This document shows positions 10,036-19,721 of a stretch of DNA of 64,000 nucleotides, piece after piece (position 1 is the stretch's first letter; each line of letters begins with the position of its first letter). Source of the stretch: Candidatus Nomurabacteria bacterium. Its GTDB lineage: Bacteria > Patescibacteriota > Dojkabacteria > SC72 > JAHDCA01. The notes beneath the pieces were generated by a model, which saw nothing but the letters and a program-made list of their open reading frames with translations, had not been told where the DNA came from and did no database searches. Made by a program: the position numbers and the translations under genes. The DNA lies in the NCBI GenBank assembly GCA_020632375.1, contig JACKFR010000001.1:85106-149105 (forward strand), written 5' to 3'.

Positions 10036-11336
10036 GGAGTTGTCTGCGTTTCTTGTACTACCGGATCTTGGATATTGTTGTAATCTATAGCTGGTATGTA
10101 GTAGTAAAATGTTCCCGTAGTACCATTTGAGAAAGTCGCTTCTCCGCTAACAACATAAATCGGCTGTAAAAATCTTTGTTCCAGAAGAGTATCTAAATAT
10201 GCCAGCCTTACTTGCTTTACTGAAAATTGCGATACTTGTCTCGGCTGATAAGACACTACTGTATCTCCATTTTTCTCGTTAAGATAAACGAGGCTCCCGT
10301 TACCTTTCTCTATGATTGTTGTTAATTCGGTCGCTGAGACTAGGGGATAAGTCCCGCACGGCTCATCGGCAATAATCCAAGGCGTGTAGTCAATCTCATA
10401 TATACTCGCAATCTCGCTGTTAAGCTTTTTTCTACTGTCTTCGGTTCCAACGTATACAGATAAGTTGGATTTTTGTGTATCTAAGTTCAGGACTTCTGCA
10501 TTGAAATTATATACATCGACTCTTCCTGATTCGGTCACAATTGAATCAACAGTATTATTGTAGTCTAGATATTCTTCTTCAAGGGCTTTCTTAATTTCAT
10601 CTGCTTTTTCAATATCTCCTCGTACAGATAAAAACGGTCTCGATCTGAAATAATCAACCCGCAAGAGATCTGCTTGGGCTCTGGATGTCGCCATCGTATA
10701 GCTCCCATTCGCTTCAATATTTATCGGAGTAACAAGAGGCTCTTCTTTAGAGTAATCTTCTAAAAGCCATCCATTTGCACGAAGAAATCCAGTTGCAATT
10801 GTCTTTGCTTCATTTTCAGTCGGGAGTTTTTTTGTTTCAGGCAGAGCGTTTGCATTTCTGAAGTTGGTTTGAAAATGGAAATTAAGAGTATTTGCATCAA
10901 CAGTGAGAGTTCTTCCATAGATATCTTCGTTCCAGTGATACTCTATTGTACCCCTTCTTTCTATTGCTTCGGGTTCTAGTGATAATTTCTCAGAAACCTT
11001 TCTCGCTTCTTCCTGTGCATTTAAAAGTGCTCCTGGGTTATTAAACTTGTAGACATTTGCTATAAGGGGGAGCTTCTCAAGCTTTCCAGTAGGGGTATCA
11101 ATTTCATAAACTTGGTTTGATCCGGAGGCAAGTTGTAGTGAGGGAATCTGCAGCTTTTGGGCTTGCATTTCATCTTTAGTCAGTGTGCATGTGAAGTTCG
11201 GCTGCAAGTAGTTAGGTAAAGGGTCTTTCTTTGAAATATTTAAGATTATAACAATGAGGATAATTATTAGTACCAGTGCGCCAGACCCAACTACTGATAA
11301 TCTCCTTGTCCAAAATGCTGCTTCAGTTAATGTCAT
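10032..11336 (-). CDS. Hypothetical membrane-anchored extracytoplasmic protein
   Basis: 434-aa ORF with one N-terminal TM helix (VVGSGALVLIIILIVIIL). No motif recognised. Confidence 0.6.
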   Translation of the reverse strand: MTLTEAAFWTRRLSVVGSGALVLIIILIVIILNISKKDPLPNYLQPNFTCTLTKDEMQAQKLQIPSLQLASGSNQVYEIDTPTGKLEKLPLIANVYKFNNPGALLNAQEEARKVSEKLSLEPEAIERRGTIEYHWNEDIYGRTLTVDANTLNFHFQTNFRNANALPETKKLPTENEAKTIATGFLRANGWLLEDYSKEEPLVTPINIEANGSYTMATSRAQADLLRVDYFRSRPFLSVRGDIEKADEIKKALEEEYLDYNNTVDSIVTESGRVDVYNFNAEVLNLDTQKSNLSVYVGTEDSRKKLNSEIASIYEIDYTPWIIADEPCGTYPLVSATELTTIIEKGNGSLVYLNEKNGDTVVSYQPRQVSQFSVKQVRLAYLDTLLEQRFLQPIYVVSGEATFSNGTTGTFYYYIPAIDYNNIQDPVVQETQTTP

Positions 11337-11428
11337 CTCAGGTGCTTAGTGATCTAAAGATTATGCTTTCTCGACCGTATTATATGAATACGCTATAATG
11401 ACTGCATCAATTATATATTTCAACTGGT

Positions 11429-13009
11429 ATGAGCACAACATCACAGCATAAAAATGAAGTTCGTGTCAGGGCAGCTCCAAGTCCAACCGGCCGAGTACAT
11501 GTAGGTACGCTGAGAACTTTTCTTTACGATTATTTGCTCGCTAAAAAGTATAATGGAAGCAATATCTTGCGAGTCGAAGATACTGATGAGAAAAGGAAAG
11601 TAGTTAGAGGCACTGAAGCAATTATTGAAGTAATGAAACTTTTTGGAATTGACTACGATGAAGGCCCTCATGTCGGAGGAGATTATGGACCGTATATTCA
11701 GACTGAAAGAAAATCACTTTACAATAAATATGCGGAAGAGCTTGTCTCAAAAGGACATGCGTATCACTGCTTCTGCGCAGAAGAAAGGTTACAAAAGCTT
11801 AGAGATTCTCAGATTGAGGCAAAAAAACCTCCTGGCTACGACAGAAAATGTCGTTCAATATCCCCTGAAGACGCAGCAGAAATGAAAAAAGCTGGTAAAC
11901 CTTATGTAATAAGGTTGAAAGTACCATTGGAAGGTACAACAGTCTTCCATGATGAAGTTTTAGGCGATGTTAAATTTAAAAACAGCAATGTAATTGACCC
12001 TATTTTGCTTAAATCTGATGGCTTGCCAACGTATCATCTTGCTGTTGTCGTAGATGATTTTTTAATGAAGATAACTCATGTGCTTCGGGGTCTTGAGTGG
12101 CTGCCAAGCGCACCGATCCACAAGCTACTGTATGAGTATTTCGAATGGGATATGCCTAAATTTGTTCATCTTTCGCTTATATTAAACCCAGATGGAAAAG
12201 GGAAGTTAAGCAAAAGAAAGGGTGCTCTTCCCGCAGTTTCTTATTTGAGAAAGGGATATTTGCCCGAAGCAATGAATAACTACTTTGCATTGATTGGTTG
12301 GGCCCCAAGACCAAATGAGGCAAATGAAGATGATGTTTACACCATGGCCGAGCTTATAGAGAGGTTTGATATTGATCGACTACACAAGCAGCCAGGTCGT
12401 TTTGACCCTAAGAAATTTGATGCAATAAGCGGCAAGCATATTCGGAGGCTAGATTCAAAAGAGCTTGTTGAAAAGGTCCTTTATTGGGCTAAAAACTATG
12501 TCCTTACTGAGTTTATAACAGATGGTATCGATGAAATGCCTGAGTGGGAAGGAGATATCAAAAACAAGGTTAAAAGATATCTACCTTTGTGGGAAGCTGA
12601 TTTAGACTTTTTTGAGAAAGCACTCAGTCTAGTTCATGAAAGATTAATCTATTTCAGCGAAATTCCAGAACTTTTAGCTTATCTTTATAATAAAACTCTT
12701 GTTTGGACAGATAATGACTGGAAGCTCCAGGATCATAGCAAAGCCGAAGTCGCTTCTGCACTTGGGGGAATGCTAGAGGTTTTTGGTCAGCTCTATATTA
12801 CAGAAAAAGTTTCACATGAGAAATGGGAGTCGGCAATTAGAGGATACGCCGATAAAATTGGCTGGAAACACGGCGAAGTTTTTATGGCATTACGTTCTGC
12901 GGTAACCGGTAAGCTGCAAAGCCCACCACTATTTGAGAGTTTTGAAATATTAGGCTGGGAAAAAACGAAAAAGCATATTGAAGATGCTATCCGGTGGCTA
13001 CGGTCTTAG
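11429..13009 (+). CDS. gltX: Glutamyl-tRNA synthetase
   Basis: Class I signatures: HIGH-like PSPTGRVHVGTLRT and KMSKS-like KLSKRKG. Typical GluRS core (LRVEDTD, YHLAVVVDD). Confidence 0.9.
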   Translation: MSTTSQHKNEVRVRAAPSPTGRVHVGTLRTFLYDYLLAKKYNGSNILRVEDTDEKRKVVRGTEAIIEVMKLFGIDYDEGPHVGGDYGPYIQTERKSLYNKYAEELVSKGHAYHCFCAEERLQKLRDSQIEAKKPPGYDRKCRSISPEDAAEMKKAGKPYVIRLKVPLEGTTVFHDEVLGDVKFKNSNVIDPILLKSDGLPTYHLAVVVDDFLMKITHVLRGLEWLPSAPIHKLLYEYFEWDMPKFVHLSLILNPDGKGKLSKRKGALPAVSYLRKGYLPEAMNNYFALIGWAPRPNEANEDDVYTMAELIERFDIDRLHKQPGRFDPKKFDAISGKHIRRLDSKELVEKVLYWAKNYVLTEFITDGIDEMPEWEGDIKNKVKRYLPLWEADLDFFEKALSLVHERLIYFSEIPELLAYLYNKTLVWTDNDWKLQDHSKAEVASALGGMLEVFGQLYITEKVSHEKWESAIRGYADKIGWKHGEVFMALRSAVTGKLQSPPLFESFEILGWEKTKKHIEDAIRWLRS

Positions 13010-13050
13010 TATGGCGTGTTGTTTTTTTGCAGGGTATAATTCCCAATTAT

Positions 13051-13121
13051 TGCCGGATCGTCTAACGGTAGGACAGCGGTCTCTGGAACCGCCAATCCTG
13101 GTTCGAATCCAGGTCCGGCAA
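13051..13121 (+). tRNA. tRNA-Gln (anticodon CTG)
   Basis: Hand-folded cloverleaf. Acceptor TGCCGGA/TCCGGCA, D arm GTCT/GGAC, anticodon arm GCGGT-CTCTGGA-ACCGC, T arm CCTGG-TTCGAAT-CCAGG. CCA not encoded. Confidence 0.9.
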
Positions 13122-13428
13122 TGTGGCACTGCGTCCGAAGGATTAACACAATAAATAGCTGAACTAATCTGTACTCCAAAGAGATAGCTCTGAAAGAACT
13201 AATCGCTTCATTTCAAAGCTCTTTTACTATGATATACCTTTGTCCCCTAACCTTTTAAATAATATCTATTTTATAGAAGGCCTAAATAAAAAAGTCCGAG
13301 TCAGAGAAGACAGTTTTGGGTTTGTGTAAATCTGGGAATCTGAGTGCTGATTTGTAAGCATCTAGGAGGTTCGAATGATGATTTCTTGTATACCGATATA
13401 GTCGGTAATAATTTAATTTCAACTATAT

Positions 13429-14028
13429 GTGTCCAAAGTACACCATGTAATTATAATTCCTGGGCTTGGAGATGAAATAGGCAAAATTACATGGGCAACA
13501 AATTTCTGGAGTCGCTTTGGCCTTAATCCGACTGTTCATTCGGTTGGCTGGCATACCAGAGAAAAGGAATTCCGACCAAAGCTACAAATTTTAATTGATA
13601 TAGTTGACACATTTGCTGACAAAGGAGACAGGGTCTCTTTGGTCGGTTGCTCTGCTGGAGGTAGCGCTGCGCTTAATACATTTTTTGAACGCAGAGAAAC
13701 AGTACATCGAGTAATCAATATTTGTGGCCGTTTAAGAACCGGGACACAAAATGGATTCCGTTCTTTTAATGTGAGAACTGCAACCAGCCCTACTTTTTCT
13801 GAGTCAGTAAAACTTTTCGAGAGCAATGAAAACTTGTTAACCAGTCAAGATAAACAAAAAATAATGACTGTAAGACCGTTGTTTGGCGATGAACTTGTTC
13901 CCGCGGACACAATAATACTTCGTGATGCTTATAACATAACGATTCCAACACCGGAGCATGTATTCAGTATTGCTATGGCATTAACTGCATTTTCAAAACC
14001 ATTAATCACATTTCTGACAAAAGAATAA
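13429..14028 (+). CDS. Alpha/beta-fold hydrolase (esterase/lipase-like)
   Basis: Nucleophile elbow GCSAGG (GxSxG) after a beta-strand. N-terminal HHVIIIPGLG oxyanion-type motif. GTG start. Confidence 0.6.
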   Translation: MSKVHHVIIIPGLGDEIGKITWATNFWSRFGLNPTVHSVGWHTREKEFRPKLQILIDIVDTFADKGDRVSLVGCSAGGSAALNTFFERRETVHRVINICGRLRTGTQNGFRSFNVRTATSPTFSESVKLFESNENLLTSQDKQKIMTVRPLFGDELVPADTIILRDAYNITIPTPEHVFSIAMALTAFSKPLITFLTKE

Positions 14029-14140
14029 AAATAAGAAACACTTTGCATATATTTGTCTAATATATCCTTTATATACGAGGTATTGTTTGACCTCGTCCAT
14101 CCTTTATCATAGACTGAAAAATAAATTGAGTAATTTAAGC

Positions 14141-14902
14141 ATGGACAAATTTAGAAAGCTTCGTACATATAATTTTGTAATGGGGTCGTTTCATTTAGTT
14201 CAAGCAGTTGCCATGTACCTTCTTAGCAACGACTTCAAGCTACCTGTTACCACGGCTTATCTTCAGTTTGATAAGCAAGCAAACGCTTTACTTCCTGTAC
14301 TTAAAGAAGTGGCTCAAGTCAGGATTGCTCCTCTAGTCGCCTTATTTCTGCTTATGTCTGCATTTGCCCATTATATTTTGACCCTGCCAGGTGTATATGA
14401 TTGGTATGTAAAGAATCTAAAGAAAGGTGCAAACTATGCCAGATGGTACGAGTATGCACTTAGTTCTTCATTAATGATTGTTTTGATAGCAATGCTTGTT
14501 GGTATGTATGACATGAGTAGTCTTATCCTGATCTTTTCACTCAATGCAATGATGATTCTTTTTGGTTTGATGATGGAGCTTCATAATCAGGTTACCCAGA
14601 AAACTAACTGGACTTCGTTTTTGTTTGGCTCTATCGCTGGGATTGTTCCTTGGATCACAATAGCATTATATTTGATGGGATCCGGTAGCGGAGATAGTAA
14701 AGCGCCAGACTTTGTCTACTGGATCTTTTTCTCTATTTTCCTATTCTTCAATACATTTGCTTTAAATATGTTTCTTCAGTATAAGAAGATCGGAAAGTGG
14801 AAAGACTATCTTTGGGGAGAAAAAATGTATATTCTACTTAGCCTGCTAGCAAAATCAGCACTTGCATGGCAGATCTTTGCAGGAACCTTGAGACCAGTCT
14901 AA
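14141..14902 (+). CDS. Heliorhodopsin (7-TM retinal protein, inverted topology family)
   Basis: Family signatures along the full length: GSFHLVQ, SAFAHYIL, RWYEYALSSSLMIVLIA, GSIAGIVPWI, FFSIFLFFNTFAL. Schiff-base lysine context LSLLAKSALAWQIFAGTL. ATG at 14141 preferred over TTG at 14087. Confidence 0.9.
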   Translation: MDKFRKLRTYNFVMGSFHLVQAVAMYLLSNDFKLPVTTAYLQFDKQANALLPVLKEVAQVRIAPLVALFLLMSAFAHYILTLPGVYDWYVKNLKKGANYARWYEYALSSSLMIVLIAMLVGMYDMSSLILIFSLNAMMILFGLMMELHNQVTQKTNWTSFLFGSIAGIVPWITIALYLMGSGSGDSKAPDFVYWIFFSIFLFFNTFALNMFLQYKKIGKWKDYLWGEKMYILLSLLAKSALAWQIFAGTLRPV

Positions 14903-14993
14903 GGAGAAATCCTCACATTATCTGCTGAGACTTTACAAGTTGCTTGTTGTTACATATTATGTACAAGCTTAATATATTTCAGTTATATCTACT

Positions 14994-15257
14994 ATGCAAA
15001 GAGGTGTAATTGCATTAACAAGTGATGATATCAAAATGCTAAGTCAGATAGTCGAAATGAATTTAGATTCGTTTCCACAAACACTTGTAACTAAACTCCA
15101 AGCTGCTTCAGACATGGCTGAACCTGAAATTAGGTTAGAGCTTTCGGAAGAAGAGTCCGAATCACTTCTAGATTTGATCGATTTCAATCCTGATGACAAA
15201 AAAACAACCTCTTTAAGAGGTAAAATACAAGATTTTGTAGCCGGATTAAGAAACTAG
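14994..15257 (+). CDS. Hypothetical small acidic protein
   Basis: 87-aa ORF downstream of the heliorhodopsin gene. No motif recognised. Confidence 0.45.
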   Translation: MQRGVIALTSDDIKMLSQIVEMNLDSFPQTLVTKLQAASDMAEPEIRLELSEEESESLLDLIDFNPDDKKTTSLRGKIQDFVAGLRN

Positions 15258-15790
15258 AGTATCTTTATCCCCGTAAATTCACGAAACTGTTTGAGTGCTT
15301 CATCGTATCCCAATCCACTAGATACAGCGAGTTCGCTAACTAGATGGTCAATAGATGTCTTTACATACTTTACAATACTTACTGGGATAAGGCGTCCCTC
15401 TTTTTCACGAGTTCGCATCTCGTGATTACAATATTGGATTATTTCAATAAATGCATCAACCTCTCCACGTGTATCGAGGTCTCTAATTACTTCAATTAGC
15501 TCATTATAATTTCTTACCGCCGGCTTTGAGATAGGTCTGGATTTCAGAACTTTTATCTTGCCTAGAATATAGTCAGGCAGCCTAACCGGTCTGATACCAA
15601 GAGTGTCTAGATTCTGAACTGGAGTAGAAATTGTCAGCTTTTTGTTTATAAAACTGAACTCGAAATACTTTTTCTTTTCACCTCCAAATTCAATTACTTT
15701 CTCTTTGATAATCTTGCCAGCTCCGTGTGATGGGTAGAAAATCTTTGATTCTACGCCGATATTTCTAACAGAAGAGTCAACAGATGCCAT
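15254..15790 (-). CDS. CarD/CdnL-family RNA-polymerase-binding transcription regulator
   Basis: N-terminal CarD_CdnL_TRCF-like segment IFYPSHGAGKIIKEKVIEFGGEKKKYFEFSF. Confidence 0.75.
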   Translation of the reverse strand: MASVDSSVRNIGVESKIFYPSHGAGKIIKEKVIEFGGEKKKYFEFSFINKKLTISTPVQNLDTLGIRPVRLPDYILGKIKVLKSRPISKPAVRNYNELIEVIRDLDTRGEVDAFIEIIQYCNHEMRTREKEGRLIPVSIVKYVKTSIDHLVSELAVSSGLGYDEALKQFREFTGIKIL

Positions 15791-15921
15791 AGCTGATTAT
15801 ATCACTTGGTCATTGTCATTTCAAAGGGATATGTTTGCGAGAAGAATGAAGATGCCTTATATATAGCTAAATCGGAAAGAGCGCCCTGTAGATATACCCA
15901 GTATATAGGTGTGCAGAATTA

Positions 15922-16335
15922 TTAAACTTTTTCAATTAATTCGTCTAACACGCCAGCGAGTTCATGTAGTTCTGGAGAAAATGCAACCTCATCTATGACA
16001 TCATCTAAAGCTTTAGGGAATTTAGAGACAGCGTCGTTAGGGATTATATGAAAATGTGCATGTGGAACTTCTTCACCGACAGTAAGTGAGTACACTAATT
16101 CATTTCCACTGGTTTTTTGTAAATGCTTTGCAACCTTTTGACAAAGCTCAAAAAATTGAGCTGCTTCCTCTTTTGGAATATCCCAGATCCATCGGTGGTG
16201 TTTCTTAGGAATAACAAGGGAATGCCCTTTGGTGTAGGGCCTAATATTTAAAAATGCAATAGCTGATTCATTCTCAAAAAGAATGAATGCGGGTAGTTTT
16301 TTAGATACGATTTTGCAAAAGACACATTCTTCCAT
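15922..16335 (-). CDS. HIT-family nucleotide hydrolase/transferase
   Basis: Histidine triad HAHFHIIP. N-terminal CVFCKI motif. Confidence 0.85.
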   Translation of the reverse strand: MEECVFCKIVSKKLPAFILFENESAIAFLNIRPYTKGHSLVIPKKHHRWIWDIPKEEAAQFFELCQKVAKHLQKTSGNELVYSLTVGEEVPHAHFHIIPNDAVSKFPKALDDVIDEVAFSPELHELAGVLDELIEKV

Positions 16336-16347
16336 AAAATGATTTTA

Positions 16348-16980
16348 TCACCTGAGTTTCTTAAGAGCATCTCTTTTTTGTCCGTCTTCTCCGAATGTTT
16401 TTTTGAAAAGATTTGCTGCTTCATTTATTAACTGGTGAGCAACAGATTTATCTTCCCAGCCTTCTACCTTGACTTTGAGCTTCGGTTGTCCTTTATACTT
16501 TAGTTGTAAATCTTTGTAGTGCTCCATAAAAAAAGTGATTTCTTCGAGCTGATGCCTGGTTACATCGGTTAAATCTCTTATATTTGAGAATCTGATATCG
16601 TCTGTAGGTACAGCCAGAATCTTATTATCAACCTCACCACAGTCGTTGAAAAGCATTACCCCTATGGGCCTGGCAGATATTATACAACCAGGAAATGTTG
16701 GGGTTGTTACCAAACACATTATATCTAAAGGATCTTGGTCAGGATCCCAAGTCTGTGGTATAGCACCGTACTCCACAGGGTAGGGAAGCCTTTCATATAA
16801 CACTCTGTCCAGCTTCAATAACCCAGTTTCCGTATTATATTCATATTTATTAATCGATCCCATTGGGTTTTCTACCATCATATTTACTTCTTTAGGCGGG
16901 TTATCACCTATAGGGAGATGGAAAATCGGATTGAAAGTTCTCTGGAATATATGGTTTGGAAGGTTTTTGATTTTGGACAT
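16348..16980 (-). CDS. ppa: Inorganic pyrophosphatase, family I
   Basis: NKYEY, LDRVLY, YPVEYGAIPQTWDPDQDPLDIM and following acidic motifs typical of soluble PPase. Confidence 0.9.
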   Translation of the reverse strand: MSKIKNLPNHIFQRTFNPIFHLPIGDNPPKEVNMMVENPMGSINKYEYNTETGLLKLDRVLYERLPYPVEYGAIPQTWDPDQDPLDIMCLVTTPTFPGCIISARPIGVMLFNDCGEVDNKILAVPTDDIRFSNIRDLTDVTRHQLEEITFFMEHYKDLQLKYKGQPKLKVKVEGWEDKSVAHQLINEAANLFKKTFGEDGQKRDALKKLR

Positions 16981-17163
16981 AATATAGAAAAGAATATCTT
17001 AAGCACGCCATACTACTGCAGGATTTTGTTTTTTTCAATACTTTTCTGTATTTATGTCCCATTAGTTCCTGTACAGCGCTAAATATCTAATTATATTTAC
17101 TTAAGCTTTACCTAATGGTTACATTATGGATGATAGTGTGAGAAATTAATATATAGCAGAGAA

Positions 17164-17877
17164 ATGGATTCCATTTTTAGATCTGATAGAGATCCTGAGC
17201 CTTTGTCTGGTGATACTGTTGAGGTTTTAGCAAGAGCAGAAATAGATGCATGGAAAGCACAAAATTACAAAGACATGGATGGGCTTAAAGCCGCTATGAC
17301 AAAAGTATTCATGCTGTTATATGGTGTTGAAGAAGAAGTTGCCGAAGAAGCTGCGAGTTGGCTAGCAATCGCTGCAATCGAACATGATAAGGCAGAAGAG
17401 GTTGAAGATGCTGGAGAAGACTCTACTGCCGAATGGAATGGGGTGAGAGATACCTTATCTGAAATGTATGAAGTACTTGTAAGTGGAATGAATGCAATGG
17501 GTTTTATCGATCTCTCTGATGATTTAAGTGTAAGTCAGCTTGCTGGGCAAGTTGCAACCCATGACGCAAAACGATGGAGAGTACATCATATTAGAAATTA
17601 TGACAGTCTTATGGAAGAGATGGCCCAAATGTACGTTCTTTTGTTCGGGGTGGAGTATGAAGATGCGTATAAATTAATGAAGTATGTAGTAAGCGCACTT
17701 AGATGGCATGACTTAGCAGAAGAAACTGGGGTTGCACGTGAGATTGCGTCATACAATCAGGAAGGTCTTTTCTCAATTGAACAGCATTGCTGGAATATAT
17801 GTATTCAAAATTATAAGCTTCATTATGCTGAGCTTGCCAATCTTTTAACCCTTTATTCGAGAAATAAAAATCTGTAA
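17164..17877 (+). CDS. Hypothetical acidic protein with an internal duplication
   Basis: Two similar segments: DAWKAQNYKDMDGLKAAMTKVFMLLYGVEEE and DAKRWRVHHIRNYDSLMEEMAQMYVLLFGVEYE. No known motif. Confidence 0.55.
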   Translation: MDSIFRSDRDPEPLSGDTVEVLARAEIDAWKAQNYKDMDGLKAAMTKVFMLLYGVEEEVAEEAASWLAIAAIEHDKAEEVEDAGEDSTAEWNGVRDTLSEMYEVLVSGMNAMGFIDLSDDLSVSQLAGQVATHDAKRWRVHHIRNYDSLMEEMAQMYVLLFGVEYEDAYKLMKYVVSALRWHDLAEETGVAREIASYNQEGLFSIEQHCWNICIQNYKLHYAELANLLTLYSRNKNL

Positions 17878-17913
17878 CAATAAAGAAACATAATTCTGAT
17901 AAAATCTTTAGTA

Positions 17914-19326
17914 ATGCTTGAAAAATTTTTTAAACCAATTGCTGCTCCAGAGACGAAAAGAGAGATGCTTCTTCAGAGGCAAATCTCAATAATAAAAGAG
18001 ATTTCAGGGATTCTTGTCTCGGGGGCAGGTTTATCTGAATCGCTTGAAAAGGTCCTTGACTTAGTGCCTTCGCTCATTGAAAACGACCTGAATTATGTCG
18101 GGGTCCTTATCCTTGATGGTGTAAGTAGGGAAGAATATAGTTTTCGGATAGTCAAAAGCACGATGCCGATCCAGGTAGAAAAGATGCTTAAACTTTTTAC
18201 TGGCCTAGATGTTGCTGATATGCCTTATAGGGTGAAAGACCCTCAGAGTATTTTTGTGAGATCCGTTGTAAATAAAGAGATTGCTTATACTCGGAATTTG
18301 TATGAAAGCTTCTTGCCATTAATGCCAAATAAATATGCGGATCGTCTCGACCCTGTTATCTCTCAGATTGTAAAACTTCTAATTTCTGTCCCAATGGTTG
18401 TTGACGATGAGTGTCTAGGGGTGATAGGCATAGGATGGAGAACTCAAAGTATTTCAGAATCAGATCTGATGCTTTTGCAAACGTTTGCAAACCAAGCCGC
18501 GGTTGCAATTTATAGCTCACGCTTGTTAGAAAATATAAAAAATGAAGTTTCAAAGAAAGAGAAAGCACTTAATCGTGTAAAAGAAACACTGAGATATGAA
18601 CGAGATATGTTAGATATTCTTGCACACGAGTTAAGAACCCCGCTTACAATAATGAAGAATGCGGTGTCAATTGAACAAGATGAGATCAATCGTACAGGAT
18701 TAGACAGAGAAAAGCTTAAAAAATTTAACCAGATTGCAAATGACGCGCTTACCAGAGAAGTTGAGACTCTGGATACGATTTTAGCTGCGACGAGAATAGC
18801 AAAAGATAGATTTGAAAACCGACCAGAGCCTGTAGACCTTAGCAAGCTGATAGAAGACTCAATTGATAATCACCGCGGTTTAGCACTAGAGAAAAATATC
18901 TCAATTGAAATGGAGATAGAAGAAAAGATCACTCTTTTTATAGATAAGATCGCTTTAGTTCAGATAATTAATAACCTGATAAGCAATGCCATTAAGTATA
19001 CAAACATCGGTTCTGTCACGCTTTTAACCAAAACTAAAGGTAACAGTGTGTATATTGAAATTAGAGACACGGGAATCGGCATCCCGAAAGAAGAAATCCC
19101 GAATCTTGGGGAAAAATTCTATAGAGTCAACAGTTATATTTCGTCATCAAGTGCAGAAGACAATAAAATAATTCGCGCCGGAGGAACCGGATTAGGCTTG
19201 TATGTCGTTATGAATCTTTTAAAAACATTAGGAGGGGAAATCAGTTTTAAGAGTGTCTTAAATAAAGGTACAACTGTGACTATAAAATTGCCAATAAAAG
19301 CAAGCAGAAAGAGAATATCTAATTAA
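17914..19326 (+). CDS. GAF-domain sensor histidine kinase
   Basis: H-box LAHELRTPLT, N-box NLISNAIKYT, G-boxes DTGIGI and GTGLGLYVV. N-terminal GAF-like region (GVIGIGW). Confidence 0.85.
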   Translation: MLEKFFKPIAAPETKREMLLQRQISIIKEISGILVSGAGLSESLEKVLDLVPSLIENDLNYVGVLILDGVSREEYSFRIVKSTMPIQVEKMLKLFTGLDVADMPYRVKDPQSIFVRSVVNKEIAYTRNLYESFLPLMPNKYADRLDPVISQIVKLLISVPMVVDDECLGVIGIGWRTQSISESDLMLLQTFANQAAVAIYSSRLLENIKNEVSKKEKALNRVKETLRYERDMLDILAHELRTPLTIMKNAVSIEQDEINRTGLDREKLKKFNQIANDALTREVETLDTILAATRIAKDRFENRPEPVDLSKLIEDSIDNHRGLALEKNISIEMEIEEKITLFIDKIALVQIINNLISNAIKYTNIGSVTLLTKTKGNSVYIEIRDTGIGIPKEEIPNLGEKFYRVNSYISSSSAEDNKIIRAGGTGLGLYVVMNLLKTLGGEISFKSVLNKGTTVTIKLPIKASRKRISN

Positions 19327-19343
19327 AATATGATTAAGACTCT

Positions 19344-19721
19344 TTGAAAAAGCACATTCTTATTGTAGATGATGAGCCAACAATACAAATGCTTTATAAA
19401 TACATATTGGAAACCGCAGGGTACGATGTTTCAATAGCGAGTACCGGTCAAGAGTGTTTGGAAAGACTTATATCGGATAAACCTGATCTCATTCTTCTTG
19501 ATTTAATGATGCCAGATATGAATGGAGTCGATGTCGCAAAAGAGATCCGTACTAAACCTGGAAAATATGGTAATCCGGCTATCGTTATCCTGACAGCCTA
19601 TCTTGGTGAGAATGCCCGAGAAAAGGCTTCTCAAAAGTGGGTCGATGGGTATGTCACCAAGACAGAAGTTATCAATCAGGAGCTGGTTGATGAAGTAGAG
19701 AGGTATTTATCCGACAGGTGA
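19344..19721 (+). CDS. Single-domain (CheY-like) response regulator
   Basis: ILIVDDEPT, LILLDLMMPDMNG, and a conserved T/K region. TTG start 18 nt after the kinase stop. Confidence 0.85.
   Translation: MKKHILIVDDEPTIQMLYKYILETAGYDVSIASTGQECLERLISDKPDLILLDLMMPDMNGVDVAKEIRTKPGKYGNPAIVILTAYLGENAREKASQKWVDGYVTKTEVINQELVDEVERYLSDR

Noticed and set aside
13355-13385. GGTTCGAAT, a 9-nt match to the tRNA-Gln T-loop region, lies about 250 nt downstream of tRNA-Gln. It could be a pseudo-tRNA or an att-site remnant marking an insertion that carries the hydrolase and heliorhodopsin genes.
   Set aside because: The match does not extend beyond the near-universal T-loop consensus. No T-stem or acceptor pairing can be drawn. 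No integrase or second boundary is visible.
14087-14140. An upstream TTG start that would add 18 residues to the heliorhodopsin.
   Set aside because: The ATG at 14141 gives an N-terminus (MDKFRKLRTYNFVMGSFHL) that lines up with the prototype heliorhodopsin N-terminus. The TTG extension is not excluded but is unnecessary.
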